DNA of 64,000 nucleotides from assembly GCA_963828165.1 (NCBI GenBank), contig CAWHDR010000001.1, positions 1,056,001 through 1,120,000 on the forward strand, in the 5' to 3' direction. Below the pieces are notes generated by a model that worked only from the letters and a program-made list of their open reading frames with translations, had not been told where the DNA came from and did not search any database. The position numbers and the translations under genes are program-made. The stretch is from an uncultured Chloroflexia bacterium. Lineage in GTDB: Bacteria; Chloroflexota; Limnocylindria; Limnocylindrales; CSP1-4. Positions within the stretch are counted from its first letter, which is position 1. Each line of letters begins with the position of its first letter. Below are positions 1 to 10,619 of the stretch, piece by piece.

Positions 1-299
1 TCACGCTCGAACGGCATCAGCGGTACGCCGAAATCCATGACGGCGGTCGGGTTCGCCGCAACGGCGCGGACCCAGGCCTCGTCCTCGCGCAGGCCGAATT
101 CCCGGCGCAGCGCGATGGCCCCGGCGACCTCCGCCGGGCTGAGGACGACGGGACCTTCCATCGACGGCGCGGCCGGCGCGGCCGGCGCGGCCGGCGCCGC
201 CGGCTGGGCCGGTTCGGGGGACGGCGCCGCTTGTTCGACGCAGGCCGACACGATTGCGGCGACGAAAAGGATGCCCAGGAGCGAACGCTTGGTTAGCAC
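1..299 (-). CDS. Putative lipoprotein (3' end runs off the window), PAA-repeat linker
   Basis: Manual translation from GTG 299: MLTKRSLLGILFVAAIVSAC-VEQAAPSPEPAQPAAPAAPAAP...LRREFGLREDEAWVRAVAANP; signal peptide with lipobox Cys. Confidence 0.6.
   Translation of the reverse strand, partial: MLTKRSLLGILFVAAIVSACVEQAAPSPEPAQPAAPAAPAAPAAPSMEGPVVLSPAEVAGAIALRREFGLREDEAWVRAVAANPTAVMDFGVPLMPFER
166..201. repeat. 9-bp tandem repeat (GGCGCGGCC x~4) encoding a Pro-Ala-Ala linker
   Basis: Seen directly. Confidence 0.7.
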
Positions 300-342
300 G
301 CGAGATAGACGAACGGGCCGGCGGCCGTGCGATGCCGCTCGG

Positions 343-684
343 TCAGCTCGTCGCGGTTTCGGTCTGTGGCGCGTCCTTGATCACGATCCCAGGCAGGCGA
401 TACTGGGCCGGCAGGATCGCGGCTTCCTGCTCCGAGTACCCGGGTCCGGCCAAGGACCCGTCGGCCTCGAAGAAGTCTGCGTATCGCTCGCGGTTGTTCG
501 CGGCGAACGTGAACGCGGCGGCGACGCCCACGGTCCGCAGCTCGGGGTGGTCGGTCAGGATTCGGGTCAGGTCGTAGCCGTTCGATCGCAGCTCGAGGAG
601 CTGACGCACGGTCAGCCGTGAGCCGTAGCAAAACGGCTCGCCGTTCATCACGAGCGGGTCCTGCTGGACCCACTTGATGGTCAC
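343..684 (-). CDS. DUF433 domain protein
   Basis: DPLVMNGEPFCYGSRLTVRQLLEL...GYDLTRILTDHPEL motif; GTG start inferred. Confidence 0.75.
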   Translation of the reverse strand: MTIKWVQQDPLVMNGEPFCYGSRLTVRQLLELRSNGYDLTRILTDHPELRTVGVAAAFTFAANNRERYADFFEADGSLAGPGYSEQEAAILPAQYRLPGIVIKDAPQTETATS

Positions 685-688
685 GCGC

Positions 689-1171
689 TCAGCCGCCCTT
701 GTAGATGAACTGCAGGAACGCGTTGCGCTTGCGCGCGTCGCCCGCCAGGCGTCGATGCCACTTGAACTGGGCGATCGCTTCGTCGATGGGCACGTCCGCC
801 GCGGCGGCCATGCCGGGGGCCACGGCACCACCGATGGCCGCGCGGAGGCCCTCGCACAGGCTGATCAGGTCGTCGAGCGGGACACGCTTGCGGCGATACA
901 TCGGCGAGGTCCAGTCGGCGTACTCGCGGGCGGCGGACGGGTCGTTTGCCGCGACCGACGCAGCGATCCGCTCGGCGAGGAGCTCGGCGTCCCGGAGGCG
1001 CTGTCGGAGCCCGATCTCGTCGTAGCGCTCGCGCAGCGTGGGATCGCGCTCGATCGCGACCGCCAGGGCTCGGGCGGCCAGCTGCGGGGCGCCCTCCCGG
1101 ATCCGTCGGGCGACGTCCGCCCACGCGGTATCCGCGTCGCGCGGAGCAAGGCCGAGGCTTGGGTGGCTCAC
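689..1171 (-). CDS. Hypothetical protein, probable globin/phycobiliprotein-like helical fold
   Basis: RLRDAELLAERIAASVAANDPS...YADW..MYRRKRVP pattern. Confidence 0.55.
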   Translation of the reverse strand: MSHPSLGLAPRDADTAWADVARRIREGAPQLAARALAVAIERDPTLRERYDEIGLRQRLRDAELLAERIAASVAANDPSAAREYADWTSPMYRRKRVPLDDLISLCEGLRAAIGGAVAPGMAAAADVPIDEAIAQFKWHRRLAGDARKRNAFLQFIYKGG

Positions 1172-1245
1172 GATCGGGAGTCTAGCGCCCGGCCGGAAGC
1201 GGCGCCACGGGCTGTGCATCGGTTCTGTGGCCCATTGAGGCTAGG

Positions 1246-1788
1246 ATGCGTTCCGTGACCGACCCGCCGCGACCGCCCGGACCCGAAGGACCGCCCAAGG
1301 TCGCGGGTGAACGACGTTTGCCACGTGCGCCCTCCGAGCGCTACGGCACGTCGCAGGCGCCCCGATCCCCAGCCGCCGCTGATAGGCCTCCGGGCTGGTC
1401 GCCTGAAACGCCGACGGGCCATTCGGCAACGCGGGGAGTTGCCTTCGGGGCCATCGTCGCGCTCGTTGGCGCCGCGCTGATCGTCGTCTTCGGTGGGGCG
1501 CTCGCGGTCTCCGCCGGGTTGCTGGTCGTGGCCTCCGGTGTCGGATACGCCGTCGGGCTGGCAACGGTGATCGGGGCCGATGGCACGCTGTCGACGGGCA
1601 CGCGGGCTTGGATCGCTGCCGCCCTGGCGGCCCTCGGCGTCCTGCTCGGTCAGATCGGGCTGTGGCTGTTCGCCAGGGCGGAAGGCGGCGTCCTGGCCCC
1701 GATCGACTACCTGGGCCAGACCTTCGGTCCGCTCGTGCCGGTGGAGGTGCTCCTGGGCGCGGCCGTCGCCTGGTGGCGCGCCCGGTGA
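1246..1788 (+). CDS. Membrane protein (about 4 TM helices)
   Basis: Hydrophobic segments; stop overlaps next start (GTGA). Confidence 0.65.
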   Translation: MRSVTDPPRPPGPEGPPKVAGERRLPRAPSERYGTSQAPRSPAAADRPPGWSPETPTGHSATRGVAFGAIVALVGAALIVVFGGALAVSAGLLVVASGVGYAVGLATVIGADGTLSTGTRAWIAAALAALGVLLGQIGLWLFARAEGGVLAPIDYLGQTFGPLVPVEVLLGAAVAWWRAR

Positions 1789-2300
1789 CGTCGAGTGAGG
1801 ACCGTGCGGACCCCGGCGATCTGACCTTCCGGCGTCCGACCGAGGCGGACCATCGGCGCGTCGTCGACGTCATCGATCACTGGTGGGGGGAGCGACGGAT
1901 GCGCCACCTCTTGCCGCGACTGTGGCTCGAGCACTTCAGCGGCACGTCCTGGCTCGTCGAACACGGGGATGGCCGGCTTGCCGGGTTCGTGGTCGCCTTC
2001 GTGAGCCAGGACCATCCGGAGACGGGCTATGTCCACATGATCGCCGCGGAACCGAACCGTCGGCGCCGCGGGTTGGGCCGTGCCCTATACGAACGCACCT
2101 TCGCCGATCTCTCTGCGCGCGGCGTCCGCCGTGTGCAGGCCGTGACGTGGCCGGGCAATCGGACGTCGATCGCGTTCCACCGGGCGCTCGGCTTTCGCGT
2201 GGACGACGGACCCGACACGCAGCGGCTGTACGGCACGCCCGCGCACGCCGACCACGATGGCCCGGACGAGGATCGCGTGGTGTTCACCCGCGACCTCTAG
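1785..2300 (+). CDS. GNAT N-acetyltransferase
   Basis: GYVHMIAAEPNRRRRGLGRALY; NRTSIAFHRALGF. Confidence 0.85.
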   Translation: MTSSEDRADPGDLTFRRPTEADHRRVVDVIDHWWGERRMRHLLPRLWLEHFSGTSWLVEHGDGRLAGFVVAFVSQDHPETGYVHMIAAEPNRRRRGLGRALYERTFADLSARGVRRVQAVTWPGNRTSIAFHRALGFRVDDGPDTQRLYGTPAHADHDGPDEDRVVFTRDL

Positions 2301-2427
2301 GGCCCTCGATGCCAGGCCCGCGGAACCAGGCGACCGATCGAGCCGGGAACCGATCCTGTCCACGTGGTGTAGATGGTTCGATCCGGACGAGCTGCTGCCT
2401 CGTCCCCCTGCCTGGAGGAACCCGACG

Positions 2428-3174
2428 ATGATCCGCCGACTCGCCGCCACCCTTGCCGCGCTCGCGCTGCTGCTCGCCCTGGCCGGTCCTGCCCTCGCCG
2501 GCGGCTCGGCGGAAATCGTAGTCGACGCACAGACGGTCGAACCGCCCGTCGAGGGCAAGCCGCTCGTGGTCGGCTTCCGCGTCATGCAGCACGGTGAGAC
2601 CCCCGCGCCGTGGGAGACCGCGACCGTGCATTTCATCAACACCTCGACCGGCAAGACCTTGGACGTCGTCGCGACCAACGACCGCCCGGATGGCCACTTC
2701 ACGGCCACCGCCACGCTGCCCGAGGCGGGCTACTGGAGCTGGCAGGTCACGCTCCAGGACCTCGTGAGCGAACACACGCCGGTGAGCTTCGCGGTGTCCA
2801 CCGCCGGGGGCGAGGTCCCGCCTTATGACCCCGCCACGACCGCCACGGCGATCGCGCAGGCCAAGAAGGACGTGAGTGCGGAGCTGAGCACGCAGTTCCA
2901 GGGCGAGATCCAGCGGCTTGACGGCCTGCTCCTCGCGCAGCAAACCCGAAGCGACCGCCTGCTCGCCCAGACGAACGAGATCATCGCCGAGCGCGACGAG
3001 TTCGCGACTCGTCTCGCCGAGGCCGAGGGAGCCGGTGGGCTGCCGATCCTCGCCATCCTCACGCTGGCGGGGCTCGCCGGCGCGACGGCCGGGTTCGCGA
3101 TGTCGTGGCTCGCCGGCCGGCCGAGCCCGAAGGTCGTGGTCAGCCCAGCTCCGCGAGGAGCCGACCCGGCGTGA
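2428..3174 (+). CDS. Secreted, membrane-anchored protein (YtkA/FixH-like Ig domain, coiled coil, C-terminal TM)
   Basis: GGAGG RBS, signal peptide, GHFTATATLPEAGYWSWQV. Confidence 0.65.
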   Translation: MIRRLAATLAALALLLALAGPALAGGSAEIVVDAQTVEPPVEGKPLVVGFRVMQHGETPAPWETATVHFINTSTGKTLDVVATNDRPDGHFTATATLPEAGYWSWQVTLQDLVSEHTPVSFAVSTAGGEVPPYDPATTATAIAQAKKDVSAELSTQFQGEIQRLDGLLLAQQTRSDRLLAQTNEIIAERDEFATRLAEAEGAGGLPILAILTLAGLAGATAGFAMSWLAGRPSPKVVVSPAPRGADPA

Positions 3175-4423
3175 TCTGCTCGTGGAGGAGGCGGCCGAAC
3201 CGCGCGATCCGCTCCGGCGCCGGGGCCGCCTCCACCCATCGACGAACCAGCGCTTCGCCCTCGTTGTAGACGAAGACATACGTCCGCCAGAGGGGATGCT
3301 CGATGAACTCGAGCAGCTTGGTGGCTACCTTCGGCGTGTACCCGCCGACGTCCTGCAGATAGGCCAGGACCTCGTCGTGGGATGCGCCGTCGGCGTGCCG
3401 CATCAGGGCGGCGTTGCCACGGCTTGCGGCCAGTCGATGTCGCGGTCCTTCCAGAGCGACGGCTCGCTCCGCAGTCTCCTGCGCTTCCCGGGGATCGGCC
3501 GAGACCGCCAGCCCGGCCCGCTCGAACAGCTCCAGCAGGAGGCCCGCTCGCTCGTCGTGGGGAGCGGCGAATGAGGGCCCGAGATCGGCGAGGCCCTCAC
3601 TGATCGGGCATTCGGGTGTGTTGATCAACAGCATCGAGCTCTCCAGCCGGCCCTGACCATCCACGAGGTCGGCCTCCTTCCAGACATGCTCGAAATGGTG
3701 GCCCGGGTAGGTCTCGTGGGCGATCAGCGTGATGAAATCCGGGGCGCGGACCGGCAGGTCGGTGTTGACGTCGACCCGCGAGCGCCGCCCGCCGTCGTAC
3801 CAGTTGTAGCCGGACCACGGCTGACCGGTGACGGTCGAGACGCGCAGGTCCTCGCCGTCGGGGAGGCCGAAGTCGCGTCGGGCGCGGTCGCGGAACCGCG
3901 CCACGAGCCAGTCGATGACGTCGGGCAGCCGATCGACCGGGATCTCCAGGGTCCGGTCCCACGCCGCCAGACGTTCGTGCCGCGGCCCCTCCCCCGGGAG
4001 CAACGCATCCACCGCCGCGAGCGCCTCCCGAAAGCCATCGTCGTCGTGACGCGGCGGCTCGAAGCCGAGACACAGCGCGACATGGTCGGCGTACGGCAGC
4101 GGCTCGCCATCGAGCGCCTGCGCGTGCGCCGCGAGCGCCCGGACCTGCGCGATGAGCCAATCGCGACGCTCGGGCTCCGCGACCTCCGTCCCGATCCGTG
4201 CCGTCAGCCCGGCGGCGTCCTCGCGAAGCCGCGTAGCGGCTCGGAACTGCTCCGTGTCGACGCGGGCCTTGAGCTCGGCCGGCCCGTAGTAGCCATCGAC
4301 GAGCCCCGGGATGCGCTGGCCCAGCCGCAACCCGAGCAGGAGGTAGTCCTCGGCGATCGGATCCGGCGCCGGCACCTGCCGAGTGCCACCGACCGCGGCG
4401 ACGGGGGTCCCGGGGACGCTCAC
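3140..4423 (-). CDS. DUF885-like putative metallopeptidase
   Basis: IAHETYPGHH and ISEGLA motifs. Confidence 0.75.
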   Translation of the reverse strand: MSVPGTPVAAVGGTRQVPAPDPIAEDYLLLGLRLGQRIPGLVDGYYGPAELKARVDTEQFRAATRLREDAAGLTARIGTEVAEPERRDWLIAQVRALAAHAQALDGEPLPYADHVALCLGFEPPRHDDDGFREALAAVDALLPGEGPRHERLAAWDRTLEIPVDRLPDVIDWLVARFRDRARRDFGLPDGEDLRVSTVTGQPWSGYNWYDGGRRSRVDVNTDLPVRAPDFITLIAHETYPGHHFEHVWKEADLVDGQGRLESSMLLINTPECPISEGLADLGPSFAAPHDERAGLLLELFERAGLAVSADPREAQETAERAVALEGPRHRLAASRGNAALMRHADGASHDEVLAYLQDVGGYTPKVATKLLEFIEHPLWRTYVFVYNEGEALVRRWVEAAPAPERIARFGRLLHEQITPGRLLAELG

Positions 4424-4950
4424 CGCTCCATCCGGTCCGGGCGTGGAGCACGCCGCTCCCCGTGGTCTCGATGCGTCTCGGCACGGCGGCGCGCCTCGGC
4501 GAGGCGGTCGGCGAGGGTCGGGTCGGCCGGGAGGCCGCTGCGATCGGGAGCGCGGTCCGGTGCTCGGTCGGGGCTGGACTCCTTGGACGGTACGGCCGAC
4601 GCGGCTTCCCCCTGGCCCAGCCCGCCTCCGGTCTCGCCCACGAATGGCATGTGCTGCCGATCGACGGCGTCCAGGCTCATCCGCAGGGCCGCCGTCTTCT
4701 GCGTCGCGACCTCGCGGACGTAGGCGGTTTCCTCGTCGGTATCCATGGGCCGACCGCGAACGATGCCCTTGGGCTTGCCGACCATCAGCCACGCCAGGTG
4801 GTAGCGGTCCATGCTGCCCCACGCTCGCGACAGCAGATCGTCCGACAGCTGGAGCCAGGTCTGGAGCGCGCCCATCGACGGCGCGGCGACGAGCCGGTCA
4901 CCTTCCGCGATCAGCTGGCGCGTCCGGTCGATGAGCTCGTCGCGGGTCAC
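4420..4950 (-). CDS. Hypothetical protein
   Basis: Coding-like ORF coupled to flanking genes. Confidence 0.6.
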   Translation of the reverse strand: MTRDELIDRTRQLIAEGDRLVAAPSMGALQTWLQLSDDLLSRAWGSMDRYHLAWLMVGKPKGIVRGRPMDTDEETAYVREVATQKTAALRMSLDAVDRQHMPFVGETGGGLGQGEAASAVPSKESSPDRAPDRAPDRSGLPADPTLADRLAEARRRAETHRDHGERRAPRPDRMER

Positions 4951-4954
4951 GTTG

Positions 4955-5873
4955 TCACGCCGGGCCGTCGCCATGGATCATGGCCTCGCGGGCCGTGCGG
5001 GCGCGCAGCGTCCATGGCCCCGGCAGGCCATCCCCGATCGGTGCCCCCTCGAACGACGTGACCGGCAGGATCCCGGCCACGCTCGACGACAGGAAGGCCT
5101 CGCGGGCAGCCGCGAGATCGGCCCGGGTGAGCGCGCCCTCGAACGGGCGCAGCCCGACCCTCGCACCCCAGTCCAGCAGCCAGGATCGGGTGGTGCCCGG
5201 CAGGATCGCGCAATCGAGCGACGGCGTGGCGAGCTCCAGCGCCTCGCCACCGGCAGCGCGCACCAGGAAGATGTTGGCCGACGTCCCCTCGGACAGGCGG
5301 TCGTCCACGGTCAGGAAGAGGGCATCGTCCGCACCCGCGCGGCGCGCCTCGAGTCGCGCGTAGACGTACTCGGCGCGGGATGTCGTCTTGAGCGTCGCGA
5401 GTGGGTTCTGGGGGTCCCGTCGGACCGCCGAGGCGACGAGGTGCAGGCCGCGCCCCAGGTGGGCATCCGGCACCTGGGCGACGGGCCAGGCCTGGATGAC
5501 GATGGTCGCTGGGACGCTCTCGTCGGGTGGGAGCACGCCCCGCGACCGGATAGGCCCCCCGCGAGACCGTGATCCGGATCGACGCGTCAGCGTCCGGCCG
5601 ATCCAGGCCATCCGCGGCAAGCAGGGTCCCGATCCCGTCTGCGACGACGGCATCGAGATCCGGGGGCAGATCGATATCGAGCCCTTCCGCAGATCGATGG
5701 AGGCGGGCGAGATGCTCGGGCAGCTCGGTCGACCGCCCGCCGGTGGCTCGGAGCGTCTCGAAGATCCCGTCGCCGAGCTGGAAACCGCGATCGAACGCCG
5801 ACAGGTGACGCGCCGTCGCCGGCAGGAGCTCACCGTCGACCCAGACATGCGCTCGGTCGCGAGCGTCGCTCAA
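4955..5873 (-). CDS. pabC: Class IV aminotransferase / aminodeoxychorismate lyase (frameshift near 5550)
   Basis: DRGFQLGDGIFETLR, LKTTSR, EGTSANIF, ILPGTTR, EAFLSSS spread over two frames; adjacent to pabB. Confidence 0.75.
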
Positions 5874-7378
5874 TCGACCTCCTCGCCGCCGATCGCGCCG
5901 AGCGGCCCGCGCGCCTTGTCCACGGTCTCGTCCCACTCGGCGGCCGGATCGCTGCCCCACGTGATGCCACCACCGACATGGAGCGTCAGCCGCCGACCGT
6001 CCGCGACGAACGTTCGGATGAGGATGCTCGTCTGCATCGCCCCGTCCGGCCCGATCCAGCCGAGCGCTCCCGTGTACGGCCCGCGCCGCACCGGCTCGAG
6101 GCCCTCGAGGATCTCCATGGCGCGGATCTTCGGGGCCCCGGTGATCGAGCCGCCCGGAAAGCTCGCCGCCAGCAGGTCGAACGCGTCACGGCCGGAGGCC
6201 AGACGGCCGGTCACCGTCGAGACGAGGTGCTGCACGGCAGCGGTGCGCTCCAGGCGGCACAGCCGCGGGACCCGGACGGTGCCGGGCTCGCACACGCGTC
6301 CCAGGTCGTTTCGCAGGACGTCGACGATCATCACGTTCTCGGCACGGTCCTTCGCGCTGGAGAGCAGCTCGCACGCCAGCCGGCGGTCTTCTGCGCGGTC
6401 GCGACCCCGGGGCCGCGTGCCCTTGATCGGGATCCGATGGCGACCAGGCCGTGCGAGTCGACCGAGAGGAACGGCTCCGGCGAGGCCGACAGGAGGGCCC
6501 GTGGCCGGCCGGTCTCCTGCGACGGCCCGAGATCAAGGTAGGCGGAGAACAGCGACGGATCGCCGGTGCGCAGGCGGCGGTACTCGCCCCAGGGGTCGCC
6601 CGAATACGGCGTCTCCAGCCGGCGTGTCAGGTTGGCCTGGTAGAGGTCGCCGAGCGCGATGTGGTCACGGATCCGCTCCACGCCGGCCTCGTACTGCGCG
6701 CGCGACAGGGACGATCGGAAGCGGAGGCCCTCGCCAGCGCGTGGGTCCGCATCGACGGCGGCGCTGGCGGTCGCGTTGGACGTCGCGGCCGTCGATGCGG
6801 CCGTCATGGCGGACAGCCACGCCGCGGACCTCTGCCCAGTCGGACTCGTCAGCCGTGCGTGGACGTCATCCAGACGCCGGGCGAGCCGTCGACCGTCGCC
6901 GTCCAGGGCACGACCGCCCAGCCACGCGTGGCCGGTCCGTCGATCCCAGGCGACCACCCAATCGTGCAGAGCCAGGCGGAGCGGCGGCAGACCCTGGTCG
7001 TCCTCCGCGACGGAGGGCAGGCGCTCCAGCACGTGACCAAGGTCGTACCCGAGGAAGCCCGACGAGCCCGCCCAGGAACCGGGGGGCATCGGCCGGGACG
7101 ACGGGCGTCGGGTCCAGCCGCGCCAGGAGGCGTCGAGCCACGGCGAACGGGTCCGGCCCGGCAGCGGGCGCTTCGAGCACGGCCACTGGATCTGCGGTCA
7201 TGTAGGTCCAGCGAGCGTTCCGGCCGGGCCGGGCGCTCTCGAGCAGGGCCAGGCCGGGCAGGTCGCGGAAGGCCTCGGCAGCGTCGATGGATCGCGTGTT
7301 CGCGATCCGCTCGGGCAGGCGACGCAACCGGAGCGGGGCCGTGGGCGAACCGGAAAGGTTGGGGCCGACGGGGATCAC
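5870..7378 (-). CDS. pabB: Aminodeoxychorismate synthase component I (frameshifted)
   Basis: GFLGYDLG, GDLYQANL, SASPEPFL, ENVMIVDVLRNDLGRV, FPGGSITGAPKIRAMEI over several frames. Confidence 0.85.
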
Positions 7379-7459
7379 CCGCGGATGATACGGCGGGTCG
7401 AAGCCATCAACGGTCGGAACGTCGACAGCAGAGGGGCGCAGGTTCGCTACAGTCCGCTC

Positions 7460-8580
7460 ATGCGAGCACGAGACCTGGGGATCCGGATCGGGCTGGGGAG
7501 GCCTGGCCCAAACAACGCCATCACCGACGTCGCGGGGGTGACCGTCGGCCATACGACGCTGATCCGCGGCGACGGACCGCTGGTCGTGGGCCAAGGGCCC
7601 GTGCGGACCGGCGTCACCGTCGTCTGCCCACGGGGCACGGCCCGGGCGCGAGCCGGTGTTCGCGGGCTGCGCACCGGCTCAACGGCAACGGCGAGCTGAC
7701 CGGGCTCGAGTGGGTCCGCGAATCGGGCATGCTGACGACGCCGATCGCGATCACGAACACGCATAGCGTCGGGGTCGTGCGAGACGCCCTCGTTGCGGCA
7801 TCGATCGACGGTGACGACGCATCGTGGTCGCTGCCGGTCGTCGGCGAGACGTTCGACGGGCTGCTCAACGACATGAACGGCTTCCACGTGCGGGCGGAGC
7901 ATCTGCACGCGGCGCTGGCTGCCGCCGCGGGCGGCGCGGTCGAGGAAGGCGCGGTCGGTGGCGGCACCGGGATGGTCTGCCACGAGTTCAAGGGCGGGAT
8001 CGGGACGGCATCGCGTGTGATCGACGAAGCCGCCGGCGGCTTCACGGTCGGTGTCCTCGTCCAGGCGAACTACGGCAAGCGCGACTGGCTGCGGATCGAT
8101 GGCGTGCGCGTCGGCGAGGCGATCCCGACCACGGAGGTGCCGAGCCCATATGACCAGGTCGGGCGACCGCGCTCCGCGCCGCCGCCGGGCTCCGGCTCGA
8201 TCATCGTCGTCGTCGCGACCGACGCACCGCTCCTGCCCCACCAGTGTGAGCGGCTGGCCCAGCGAGCCGGGCTCGGGATCGCCCGTGTCGGCGGCACCGG
8301 CGGGCACACGAGCGGCGACCTGTTCATCGCCTTCGCCACCGGCAATCGATTGCCGTCCACCGTGGACGATGAGCATCCGTCGGGCTACGGCACGTACGAC
8401 GTCCGGGCCGTCGGCGACATCGTGATCGATCGGCTGTTCGACGCGACGATCGAGGCGACCGAGGAGGCGATCGTCAACGCGCTCGTCGCCGCCACGACGG
8501 TCGTGGGGCGCGACGGCAACACGGCCCACGCCCTCCCACACGATCGATTGCGCGAGGTCATGACCGCGAACGGCCGATGA
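7460..8580 (+). CDS. P1/S58 family peptidase (DmpA-like), frameshift near 7650
   Basis: NAITDVAGVTVGH, NGNGELTG, GGGTGM, GSIIVVVATDAP, SGDLFIAFAT. Confidence 0.85.
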
Positions 8581-8975
8581 GTGTCCGGCCCGGTCGGACG
8601 GGCGATATCCGGGCCATGGCCGCCATCCTCGCAGCGAACGAAAAGCCGATCGACTGGCCGGACCGACCGGAGCTGGGTTGGCCGTATCTGGACCACCTTG
8701 TCGCGCGGACTCGAACGAACGTCGCGCAGGTCGATGGCGAGCTCGTCGTGGCGGTGGTCGCGGTCGGCTGGGCCCGGCGCGAGCGCAAACGGCGGACGGA
8801 CGGTGGCTGGACGACGCGTCGCTGGCCCCGGATGGCGCCCGTGCCAGGACCGCATCCGGTCGTCGCACCCCTGCTGGAGCGAGGGGCTCGGATCCGCGGG
8901 CGAGACCAGTACGGTGCGACCGATCCTTCGCTCGCGGACCCAGTCCGCCTGTTCCCGAACCAGGGCTTCCTGTAG
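8577..8975 (+). CDS. Hypothetical protein, possibly an internally deleted GNAT-like gene
   Basis: Coupled to dmpA stop (ATGA); starts SVRPGRTGDIRAMAAI. Confidence 0.4.
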   Translation: MSVRPGRTGDIRAMAAILAANEKPIDWPDRPELGWPYLDHLVARTRTNVAQVDGELVVAVVAVGWARRERKRRTDGGWTTRRWPRMAPVPGPHPVVAPLLERGARIRGRDQYGATDPSLADPVRLFPNQGFL

Positions 8976-9007
8976 GTGTCGATCGACGAGATCGACGGAC
9001 GCGCCGC

Positions 9008-9871
9008 CTACTCCGCAGCCACCGCGACCGGCTTCTCGATCGGCACGCCGATGAGGCTGCCGTACTCGGTCCACGAGCCGTCGTAGTTGCGGACCCGCTC
9101 GTAGCCGAGCAGCTCGTGCAGCACGAACCAGCTGTGCGACGACCGCTCGCCGATGCGGCAGTAGGCGATGACGTCCTTGTCCGGGGTGATGCCCTTGCTC
9201 TCGTACAGTGTTCGGAGTTCCTCGGCGTCCTTGAACGTGCCGTCCTCCTTGACGGTCTGGGCCCACGGGATCGACGCCGCGCCCGGGATGCGACCGGGAC
9301 GCTGGGCGGTCTCGCTCATGCCGGGCGGCGCGATGATCTCGCCGTTGAACTCGGCCGGCGAACGGACGTCGACGAGCGCGAGCTCGGCGTCGCCGAGACG
9401 CGGCAGGATGTCGTCGCGGTAGGCGCGCAGCGAGAAGTCGGCCTCGGGCAGCTCGTAGCCCGTCGCGTCGTAGGACGGGACGTCCGTCGACAGCGGCAGG
9501 CCGTTGTCCAGCCAGAACTTGCGCCCGCCGTTGAGGATGCGGACGTCGTCGTGGCCGTACAGCTTGAGCTGCCAGTACGCCCACGCGGCGAACCAGTTGT
9601 TGTTGTCGCCGTAGAGGACGATCGTGGTGTCGGGGCCGATGCCGGACTCTGACAGCAGCTTGCTGAAGTCCTCGCGCGACGCGATGTCGCGGCGGATGCC
9701 GTCCGCCAGCTGGCTGGTCCAGTTCCAGGCGACGGCGCCGGGGATGTGGCTCTGCTCGTAGGCCGTCGTGTCGACATCGACCTCGACGAATCGGACGCTC
9801 GGGTCGTTCGCATGCGCCTGTGCCCAGTCGGCGTCGACGAGGGCGTTCTCGGTGGCGTAGTCGGTGGTCAT
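9008..9871 (-). CDS. Thiosulfate sulfurtransferase (two-domain rhodanese)
   Basis: HIPGAV, YCRIGERSSH active site, YDGSWTEY. Confidence 0.92.
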   Translation of the reverse strand: MTTDYATENALVDADWAQAHANDPSVRFVEVDVDTTAYEQSHIPGAVAWNWTSQLADGIRRDIASREDFSKLLSESGIGPDTTIVLYGDNNNWFAAWAYWQLKLYGHDDVRILNGGRKFWLDNGLPLSTDVPSYDATGYELPEADFSLRAYRDDILPRLGDAELALVDVRSPAEFNGEIIAPPGMSETAQRPGRIPGAASIPWAQTVKEDGTFKDAEELRTLYESKGITPDKDVIAYCRIGERSSHSWFVLHELLGYERVRNYDGSWTEYGSLIGVPIEKPVAVAAE

Positions 9872-9934
9872 CCTGGGATCCCTTCCTGTGCAGGTGGAGT
9901 TGTGCGTCGCAGCGGCTGGGTCGCGGCTTCTGAG

Positions 9935-10386
9935 TCAGTCGCCCGACGGTCGGTCGCGTCGGCTGAACTCGGCAAGCCGCTCGGTACAGTCGGCCGCGAC
10001 CCGCTGCGCCTGGCGCACGATCCAAGGATCGACCCGGCTCGAGTCCTCGATGGTCAGGATCGGTCCGCTCGGTCCGTCCTCGACGACGATGCCGGAGCTG
10101 TTGCGGTAATCGGCCATCCAGTTCGCCTGGAGCTGGAGGGCGACGCGGCGACGACCGGAACGGGGAACAGCCAGTCGAGATAGCTGGCGTTCAGCCGATC
10201 GGCGAGGTCGGCCAGCCGGAGCGGTCGTCCGCGCTCGACGCGCGCGAGGAGATCGATGACCCGGATGGCCGTGAACGGATCGCCGGTCTCGCCGACGTTC
10301 GGCGGATCGATCGCCGGGTCGGGCAGGCCGGGTGGGGCCGGGCGCAGGGGACCGAGGCCGATGGTGACGGAAGGCGCGTCGGTCAC
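9935..10386 (-). CDS. Hypothetical protein, possibly winged-helix (frameshift near 10145)
   Basis: Two consecutive ORF pieces join: ...LRLADLADRLNASYLDWLF / QLQANWMADYRNSSGI... Confidence 0.5.
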
Positions 10387-10619
10387 GAGCGATGGAACTC
10401 CGAGTCGATCAGTAGGGGTTGCCGAGTCTAGCAAAGGCGGCATGAACGGGCCACGCCCGCGTCGCTGGGCTGCCCGCTGACAGCCAACGAACCTTCACCT
10501 ACCGCCCACCCTGCCCGCAACCGTTCTGGGGCATCCTTCCCGATGCCGGACAGTCGTCCGGTGCCGCCGCGCGGCTGCGCGCGGTCGACCGTCGCTACCG
10601 CACGAGCAAGATGCCACCG

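Noticed and set aside
5388-8580. Programmed frameshifting in pabB or the dmpA-like gene
   Set aside because: No slippery sites were noticed, and the shifts are too widespread across unrelated genes.
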